DNA of 64,000 nucleotides, from assembly GCA_944323725.1 (NCBI GenBank), contig CALUTP010000040.1, positions 7,041 through 71,040 of the forward strand. The letters run 5' to 3'. The notes below the pieces were generated by a model. The model was given only the letters and a program-made list of their open reading frames with translations, was not told the DNA's origin and ran no database searches. The position numbers and the translations under genes were made by a program. This stretch comes from Candidatus Gastranaerophilales bacterium. Lineage in GTDB: Bacteria > Cyanobacteriota > Vampirovibrionia > Gastranaerophilales > Gastranaerophilaceae. Positions 57,635 to 64,000 of this stretch are shown here, piece after piece. Within the stretch, counting starts at the first letter, position 1. Each line of letters opens with the position of its first letter.

Positions 57635-58981
57635 ATGGGAGTAAAAAAAATGTTAGAAAATTTAGTATCTACGCATGGAATGGTAATTTCCGGCGCAATC
57701 TTACTCATTGCATACATTTTTATAGCAACAGAGAAGATTCAAAAATCAGTAGTTGCACTAGTTGGTGCATCTTTAACTTTATTATTAGGTTTGCTTCCTT
57801 TCCACGGACATTTAGATAAGGAAGCCGGTATCTACATCCGATCAGTATTTGATTACATTTCTTTTGAAGTAATCTTTTTGCTTATTGGTATGATGATTAT
57901 TGTCCATATTGCAAGCAGAAGCGGGGTCTTCAAATGGATGGCTGTACAACTGTTAAAATGTACAAAAGGGCATCCTAAATTAGTTTTATTTGTTCTAGCA
58001 GCATTTACTGCAGTAGCTTCAGCTTTCCTAGACAATGTTACCACTGTTGTTCTTATGATGCCTGTTACATTTGTTATTGCTAAAGAATTTGAAACTGATC
58101 CAGTTCCATTCTTAATCACCGAAGTACTTGCTTCAAATATTGGGGGTACAGCTACTCTTATAGGAGATCCTCCAAATATTATCATTGGTGCAAAAGCTGG
58201 ATTAAGTTTCATGGATTTTGTAAATGAATTAACTTTTATAGTTGCTCTTATTTTCCTTGCAGTAGTTGCTATTTTGACTTTTATGTTTAGAAAAGGCCTA
58301 AAAGCAACTCCTGAAAAAATGGAACATATTGCAAATCTTGATAATTCAAAGACAATTACTGATAAAAATTTAATGATAAGATCAATGATTACATTAGTAC
58401 TTGTAATTCTTGGTTTCGTAACACACGATATGACTGGAATTCCTGCTTATGCCTTTGCTGTAGCTGGAGCATCATTCCTTCTTTTATTTGAAAAACCTAA
58501 AGAAATATACAGAGATGTAGAATGGCTTACTATTTTCTTCTTTGTAGGACTATTCATTATAATTGGAGGATTTGAAGCAAATGGGGGAATAAGTTTCCTT
58601 GCAGATAAATTAATTGAGCTCACTCATGGAAGTCTTACTGCTGCTACAATGTTTATCCTATGGGGTTCTGGTATTTTATCAGGTATTATTGACAACATTC
58701 CATATACTGCAACAATGGCACCTTTAATTGCACAAGTGCAACATACAATTCCATATACAGGAGCTGGGCATCATCCACTATGGTGGGCACTTTCATTAGG
58801 GGCTTGTCTTGGCGGCAACTTAACTATTATTGGGGCTGCTGCTAACGTAATTGTAAGTGAAACTTCCACTGTTAAAGGACATCCTATTTCATTTATGAGA
58901 TTTATGAAATATGGAGCGCTTGCAACATTTATTTCACTTGCATTAAGCTCTATTTATCTTTATGTAAGATATTTGCACTAA
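57635..58981 (+). CDS. ArsB/NhaD-superfamily (YbiR/citrate-transporter-like) permease
   Basis: About 11-12 TM helices. Motifs FLDNVTTVVLMMPV and IIDNIPYTATMAPL are typical of the CitMHS/ArsB-NhaD fold. The start is ambiguous (57635 or 57650). Confidence 0.78.
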   Translation: MGVKKMLENLVSTHGMVISGAILLIAYIFIATEKIQKSVVALVGASLTLLLGLLPFHGHLDKEAGIYIRSVFDYISFEVIFLLIGMMIIVHIASRSGVFKWMAVQLLKCTKGHPKLVLFVLAAFTAVASAFLDNVTTVVLMMPVTFVIAKEFETDPVPFLITEVLASNIGGTATLIGDPPNIIIGAKAGLSFMDFVNELTFIVALIFLAVVAILTFMFRKGLKATPEKMEHIANLDNSKTITDKNLMIRSMITLVLVILGFVTHDMTGIPAYAFAVAGASFLLLFEKPKEIYRDVEWLTIFFFVGLFIIIGGFEANGGISFLADKLIELTHGSLTAATMFILWGSGILSGIIDNIPYTATMAPLIAQVQHTIPYTGAGHHPLWWALSLGACLGGNLTIIGAAANVIVSETSTVKGHPISFMRFMKYGALATFISLALSSIYLYVRYLH

Positions 58982-59002
58982 ATATAAAAAATAGATAAAA
59001 AT

Positions 59003-59036
59003 AAAGCAGGAATTCTCATTCCTGCTTTTCTTTTTC
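59003..59036 (+). terminator. rho-independent terminator (shared with the convergent gene)
   Basis: AGCAGGAAT-TCTC-ATTCCTGCT followed by TTTCTTTTT. Confidence 0.7.
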
Positions 59037-59916
59037 ATTGAGCTTCCTGAACTATCTTAATAAAGTCCATTATACCTTCATACATTTTATAGTTTTCTCT
59101 AGCAAGAGATAATTTTCTAGCATACTCTAAATCCTCAATAGATTTCGAAAATTCCTCAGTAAATAACCTTGAAAGTCCTCGAAGAAAATATGACTCCATA
59201 TCTTCTTTATTTAAATCTATTGCTATTGAAAAATCTTGTACTGCACCTTGATAATTGCTAAGATTATATCTTACACAACCTCTGTTATAATAAGCATTTG
59301 CATAATTTCTGTTAATATTTATAACCGATGTATAATCTACTTCTGCACCATTAAAATCTTCCAAAGACCATTTAGCCCCAGCTCTGTTATAATAAGCATC
59401 TATGTTTTTAGGGTTAATTTTTAAAACCACATTAAAATCATTTATTGCTTCCTCATACTGACCTAAATCTTTTTGACATATACCCCGATTTAAATAAGCA
59501 TTTTCATTTTGAGGATTATACATAAGTTCTTTATTAAAATCCTCAATAGCATTAGTATAATCTTTTATTTCCTTACGGGCAAGCCCTCGCATATAATAAA
59601 CATTCTCTGAAGAAGGATTTACAGATAATACACTATTAAAATCATCTATTGCTCCAGCAAAATCTCCGATTTGAGTTTTTGCAAGACCTCTCGCCCAGTA
59701 TGCACTTACTAGATTATTATCAGTCTCCACTGATTTAGTGAAATCAGCAATTGCTCCTACATAATCTTTTATACGAGCTTTTGATAATCCACTTCGAAAA
59801 TACACTTCCGAATTATTAGAATTAATTTTAGACAACTGTCCTGCGGTTTCAATAGAAAATACTGGTAATGAAAAATATAATGTTATTAGTATTAATAAAG
59901 TTATTTTTTTATTCAA
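59035..59916 (-). CDS. secreted tetratricopeptide-repeat (TPR) protein
   Basis: Signal peptide, then about 7 tandem 34-aa repeats with the recurring pattern Y..RG......Y..AI.DF..(A/V)(L/I)..NP. Confidence 0.85.
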   Translation of the reverse strand: MNKKITLLILITLYFSLPVFSIETAGQLSKINSNNSEVYFRSGLSKARIKDYVGAIADFTKSVETDNNLVSAYWARGLAKTQIGDFAGAIDDFNSVLSVNPSSENVYYMRGLARKEIKDYTNAIEDFNKELMYNPQNENAYLNRGICQKDLGQYEEAINDFNVVLKINPKNIDAYYNRAGAKWSLEDFNGAEVDYTSVININRNYANAYYNRGCVRYNLSNYQGAVQDFSIAIDLNKEDMESYFLRGLSRLFTEEFSKSIEDLEYARKLSLARENYKMYEGIMDFIKIVQEAQ

Positions 59917-60048
59917 TTAAAATTCTCCTAAACACTGGGATAAAAAACTTCCATAAATATAAATTTATGGGCTATGGGGTAATATCAACATAGATAACTA
60001 TATCATAAACATATAAAAAAGGTAACTATTTTATATTTACTAGATATA

Positions 60049-60615
60049 CTAAAACCAATTAATCAAAGACCGTATCTCACCTGCTTCTAGAGCATATTTT
60101 TCAGCTAAAGGACTATCTAGCCATCTGTCTATAGTTAATTTATTTTTTATTGGATTTTGTAAACTAACCATGCCTGAAGATTTATCAAAGACTTGACTGT
60201 AATTTAAACCTGAATTAACACATTCAGGAAGAATTATTTTACCATCACTCAGATATGCAAGTCCAAAAATCCTGCAAGTCAAACCTCTTCTTTTATACAA
60301 TACACATAAATCATTAATCAAAAACGGACATTGGTATAGAAATCTCTTTTTATTGGGCTCAGAACTCTTCAAAAATTTATCTTTTTGAATTTTCAACTCT
60401 TTAATATTATATCTTATAATATCACGAATATTTTTTGGCAAACTTTGGAATCCTTGCATCAGATATTCTGCCTCAAGGCGAGAAAACGGGTATTCACCAA
60501 TTTTACAGCATTCATTACACCCTATATGGCATTTTATATATTGCTGTTGCTCCTTAAAATACCTATTTAATTCTTTATCAACTTCTTTTAAGAATTCCTC
60601 ATACCGTTTTAGCAT
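60049..60615 (-). CDS. cysteine-cluster protein (YkgJ-like)
   Basis: CHIGCNECCKIGEYPF plus downstream CPFL...CVLYKRRGLTCRIFG. Confidence 0.55.
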   Translation of the reverse strand: MLKRYEEFLKEVDKELNRYFKEQQQYIKCHIGCNECCKIGEYPFSRLEAEYLMQGFQSLPKNIRDIIRYNIKELKIQKDKFLKSSEPNKKRFLYQCPFLINDLCVLYKRRGLTCRIFGLAYLSDGKIILPECVNSGLNYSQVFDKSSGMVSLQNPIKNKLTIDRWLDSPLAEKYALEAGEIRSLINWF

Positions 60616-62291
60616 TATTTACTCTTTATTAATAAATATTTACGACCTTCAATTACAACGTCATAATTCAAATTTTGCGCATATCTATCAATATATTTTT
60701 TCCTTATAGAAATATAAGAATCTTTTTTTTCAAGTTCTTCTTCTAAGTTATCAGAGGTTGTTTGCTCGATATAATCAATATGATAACCCGAATAATAAAG
60801 AAGTGAATATCTTCTAGTATCACCAAAAGACACCAGTTCAGTGCCATGATTACGGGTATATTTAGCAAAAAGCATTAAATCATCCTGCCCAAATTTATAA
60901 TCAATTTCAAAAAATAACTTTGTACAAAAAGCTGAAACAAGAAGAGTAAACATAACATATGTGAAAAATACTCCCCATCTTTTATCTTTTAACGCAAATA
61001 CAATACTAAAAATCCCAGATAATAATACAATACCTATACAAAGCCATTTTGCAGGCAAAATATCCACATAAAGCTGTGAAGGGAGAAAATACTGCGTAAA
61101 CATGGCAATAATACCAATTAAAATGCAAAAACCTCCCCAGATATATACAGAAAGATTAATAGCCGTTTTTCTTTGAGCTTTTTTGATGTAATTGTACCAA
61201 ACAAATCCAATTATTGGAGCTGCAAAAACATAAGCAGGCAAAATATAAGTTATAAGCTTTGTCTTCGAAGAAGAGAAAAACAACATTATAAACAAAAATG
61301 CCACCCAGTTCAAAAATAAAAATTTCTGTGGATTGGTGAAATTATCAAAATTTATATCTACTTTAAAATCCCTAAAATTTTTAAAATTAAATTCTTTGCA
61401 CTTTGCAATAATAACCGCAATAACAGAGAAAATCCAAGGTATAAGCCCCCAAAAAAGCGTTACAACATAAAACCAGAAAGGCTGGGCTCTATCTATTTCA
61501 TTTGAATTTAAGAATCTTTCAAAATGATGTTTTATAATATATTCCTCATAAAATATCGGATCATGCATTTTAAGCATAATCATATGCCAAGGTAATACGA
61601 ATAATAAGAATAAAATAATCCCTATACCGAAATACTTTATTTTAAAACCTTCTTTAACCTTACCTGTTAAAAGGCATGCAATAAACATAGTCCCAAATGG
61701 TGCAATAAAACCCGGAAGCCCTTTAGCCATAACAGCAAGCCCTGAAAAAATATAAAAAAGCCACCAAAAAAATTTTTTGTTTTCCTCAGCACAAAAAAAT
61801 GTCTTAAACCCACACATAATAGAAAAGCCTATACAAGCAGCTACTACAATATCTAATATTGCAAACTTTGCAAGAATTACATACTCAAAACATGTTGCAA
61901 GAATTAGAGCAGATACAACCCCAAATTCTCTTGATACCTGCTTTCTACCTGCAAAATACACTAAAAAAGACGTTAACATCCCGCACATTGCTACAGGAAA
62001 TCTAGCAGTAAATTCATTAATCTTATTAAAAAAAGCAAAAGACAGACATTCAATCCAAAAATACAAAGGAGGTTTCTCAAAAAAATATTCCCCATTTAAA
62101 TACAAAGTCATAAAATCCTTTGTATTATACATATCCCTTGCCATTGATACATATCGTGTTTCATCAACATCCATTAAAGCATAATTACCAATGTTATAGA
62201 AAAAAATAAAATAAAACAAAATAGACAAACCCAAAATTGTAAAAAATTCAGGATGCTTTTTTACATATACTATAACTTTATCAAACACCAT
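60615..62291 (-). CDS. ArnT/PMT-like glycosyltransferase (GT39/GT83-type, polytopic membrane)
   Basis: DVDETRYVSMARDM and FFEKPPLYFW in the first periplasmic loop, about 11 or more TM helices, and a soluble C-terminal domain. Confidence 0.8.
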   Translation of the reverse strand: MVFDKVIVYVKKHPEFFTILGLSILFYFIFFYNIGNYALMDVDETRYVSMARDMYNTKDFMTLYLNGEYFFEKPPLYFWIECLSFAFFNKINEFTARFPVAMCGMLTSFLVYFAGRKQVSREFGVVSALILATCFEYVILAKFAILDIVVAACIGFSIMCGFKTFFCAEENKKFFWWLFYIFSGLAVMAKGLPGFIAPFGTMFIACLLTGKVKEGFKIKYFGIGIILFLLFVLPWHMIMLKMHDPIFYEEYIIKHHFERFLNSNEIDRAQPFWFYVVTLFWGLIPWIFSVIAVIIAKCKEFNFKNFRDFKVDINFDNFTNPQKFLFLNWVAFLFIMLFFSSSKTKLITYILPAYVFAAPIIGFVWYNYIKKAQRKTAINLSVYIWGGFCILIGIIAMFTQYFLPSQLYVDILPAKWLCIGIVLLSGIFSIVFALKDKRWGVFFTYVMFTLLVSAFCTKLFFEIDYKFGQDDLMLFAKYTRNHGTELVSFGDTRRYSLLYYSGYHIDYIEQTTSDNLEEELEKKDSYISIRKKYIDRYAQNLNYDVVIEGRKYLLIKSK

Positions 62292-62351
62292 AATGTTCTC
62301 CCTTAATCATCACTTTAATATTAACATGAAAACAGGATTTTTTATTAATAA

Positions 62352-63734
62352 TTAAAATGCATCAGTTTTAAGAGGGTTTTTGAACTTGGTAATATTACCT
62401 TGGAACAACAATTTAACAGTAGCCAAGCCTCCATTTCTATGTTTAGCTACAATAATTTCGGATTCCCCTTTATTTGCAGCTTTTATAGCCTCATCATCCT
62501 CACCATCGCCTTTTCTGTAATATTCATCCCTATAGATAAACATTACAATATCAGCATCCTGCTCAATGGAACCAGATTCTCTTAAATCTGAAAGCATAGG
62601 CCGCTTATCTGTTCTACTTTCTACAGCACGAGAAAGCTGAGATAGAGCAATTACTGGAACATCCAGTTCTTTGGCAAGAATTTTTAAACCTCTTGATATA
62701 GCTGAAATTTGCTGCATACGGTCTTCTCTGCCATTACCTTCCATAAGCTGAAGATAATCAATTAAAACAAGACCGAGATTTTTTTCTTCCATTTTCAATC
62801 TTCTGCATTTAGCTCTTATATCAGTAATAGTACATCCACTAGTATCATCAATGTAAATTGGAGCCTGAGCAAAAGAATTCATAGCATCAGCAAGTTTTTC
62901 CCAGTCTTTGCTTTGCATTTTACCAGTTTTCATTCTTTGAGAGTCAATTTCAGCTTCCGAACATAACATACGTTGAACTAACTGCTGTTTTGACATTTCA
63001 AGTGAGAAAATTGCAACAGGAGTCTTTGCTCTAATTGCAACATTTTGAGCAATATTAAGTGCAAAAGCAGTTTTACCCATAGCAGGACGCGCAGCAAGTA
63101 TTATTAAATCAGACTTTTGCAACCCATTCAGACAAGCATCTAAATCAAAAAATCCAGTAGGAGTTCCAAGCAATTCATCCTGATGGTTATAACGGTATTC
63201 AATATTTTCATATGTATTTAAAACGAGGTCTTTAACATGGACAAGTTCAGTGGTAGCTTTCCTTGAAGCAATATCAAAAATGAGCTTTTCTGCACTATCA
63301 AGTGATGAATCAATAGGATTCATATCGTATCCAAAAGAAACTATTTCAGAACCTGCATTAATTAAAGCTCTTTTTATAGCCTTTTCTTGAATTATTTTTG
63401 AATAATATTCAATATTAGATGTAGTAATAGCGTTGTAGCTTAAGTCATTAATAAAAGCTCTTCCACCAACAGAATCCAGTTTAGAATTATAACTCAATAC
63501 ATCAGAAACAGAAATTATATCAATTTTCTCATTCTGATTAAAAAGCTGGATCATTGCTTCATAAATATACCTATGAGCCGGTTTATAAAAGCTTTCAGGG
63601 CGTAAAGTCTCAACAACTTTTGTAATAACTCTTGGATTAACAAGAATCGCTCCAAGTACAGCCTCTTCAGCTTCAATATTCTGGGGTAGTAGATTAGTTT
63701 CGTGATTATTTCTTTTTTCCTTTACCGGTGCCAT
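62352..63734 (-). CDS. dnaB: replicative DNA helicase
   Basis: PQNIEAEEAVLGAIL N-domain, GFFDLD, Walker A AARPAMGKTAF, Walker B LVLIDYLQLM, and SQLSRAVE. Confidence 0.95.
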   Translation of the reverse strand: MAPVKEKRNNHETNLLPQNIEAEEAVLGAILVNPRVITKVVETLRPESFYKPAHRYIYEAMIQLFNQNEKIDIISVSDVLSYNSKLDSVGGRAFINDLSYNAITTSNIEYYSKIIQEKAIKRALINAGSEIVSFGYDMNPIDSSLDSAEKLIFDIASRKATTELVHVKDLVLNTYENIEYRYNHQDELLGTPTGFFDLDACLNGLQKSDLIILAARPAMGKTAFALNIAQNVAIRAKTPVAIFSLEMSKQQLVQRMLCSEAEIDSQRMKTGKMQSKDWEKLADAMNSFAQAPIYIDDTSGCTITDIRAKCRRLKMEEKNLGLVLIDYLQLMEGNGREDRMQQISAISRGLKILAKELDVPVIALSQLSRAVESRTDKRPMLSDLRESGSIEQDADIVMFIYRDEYYRKGDGEDDEAIKAANKGESEIIVAKHRNGGLATVKLLFQGNITKFKNPLKTDAF

Positions 63735-63890
63735 GCCTAACTCCTCAATTTAAATATTATGATATAACAACCAGAACTCAAAAAGAAATGACATGTTACA
63801 AAATAATTATTAACAAAAGTTACAAATATTTAAAATATTGAATTTTTACTGAAAAAAAACCGTTATTATAAATAAGAGAGGCAAATTGAC

Positions 63891-64000
63891 ATGATTATAA
63901 TTGATGCAGATATGATAACCTTAATGCAGAAACTGAACATTCCTGAAAGCAGGATGATTCAGTATGGCACAATGAGCATTGAGGATATCGTAGAAGCTGA
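63891..64000 (+). CDS. 5' end of an ORF leaving the window (hypothetical)
   Basis: ATG 63891 is preceded by an AGAGAGG SD-like element. MIIIDADMITLMQKLNIPESRMIQYGTMSIEDIVEA... is open to the window end. Confidence 0.3.
   Translation, partial: MIIIDADMITLMQKLNIPESRMIQYGTMSIEDIVEA

Overview
This is an AT-rich (roughly 30% GC by eye) bacterial chromosomal window, densely packed with mostly housekeeping genes: alaS, dut, a GH57 glycosidase, PPi-dependent PFK, clpB, prs, ferritin, nadE, a class A PBP, speE, rseP, a Ctp protease, uvrC, tadA, dnaB, and two-component and c-di-GMP signalling genes. I saw no rRNA and no CRISPR array. One tRNA is present, tRNA-Arg(TCT).

Three things stand out.

1. The first ~5.1 kb looks like the right end of an integrated element abutting tRNA-Arg. 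It carries a small serine resolvase with a res-like repeat cluster, a large serine recombinase whose ORF reads into the tRNA 3' end, and a co-oriented DUF2971-like plus KAP-type P-loop NTPase cargo pair. That pair is a candidate defence or abortive-infection module.

2. A dispersed family of prepilin-type N-terminal methylation-motif proteins ((A/G)FTLAEVLIT(L/I)GIIG(V/I)V...) occurs four times intact and once 5'-truncated. No pilus-assembly genes are in the window.

3. Two of these pilin loci are preceded by an 11-nt poly-G tract embedded in a short SD-preceded leader ORF, and the two leaders share an N-terminus (MxNxVI). Removing one G at 50537-50547 fuses the leader ATG to the prepilin frame. 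This looks like a slipped-strand phase-variation switch that is currently OFF.

Subfamily-2 pilin genes are paired divergently with paralogous XRE regulators.

The gene content and pilin-like N-termini resemble uncultured gut Melainabacteria/Vampirovibrionia-type genomes. That is an impression only and cannot be verified without a search. All functional calls come from motifs read in the ORF translations. No database search was run.
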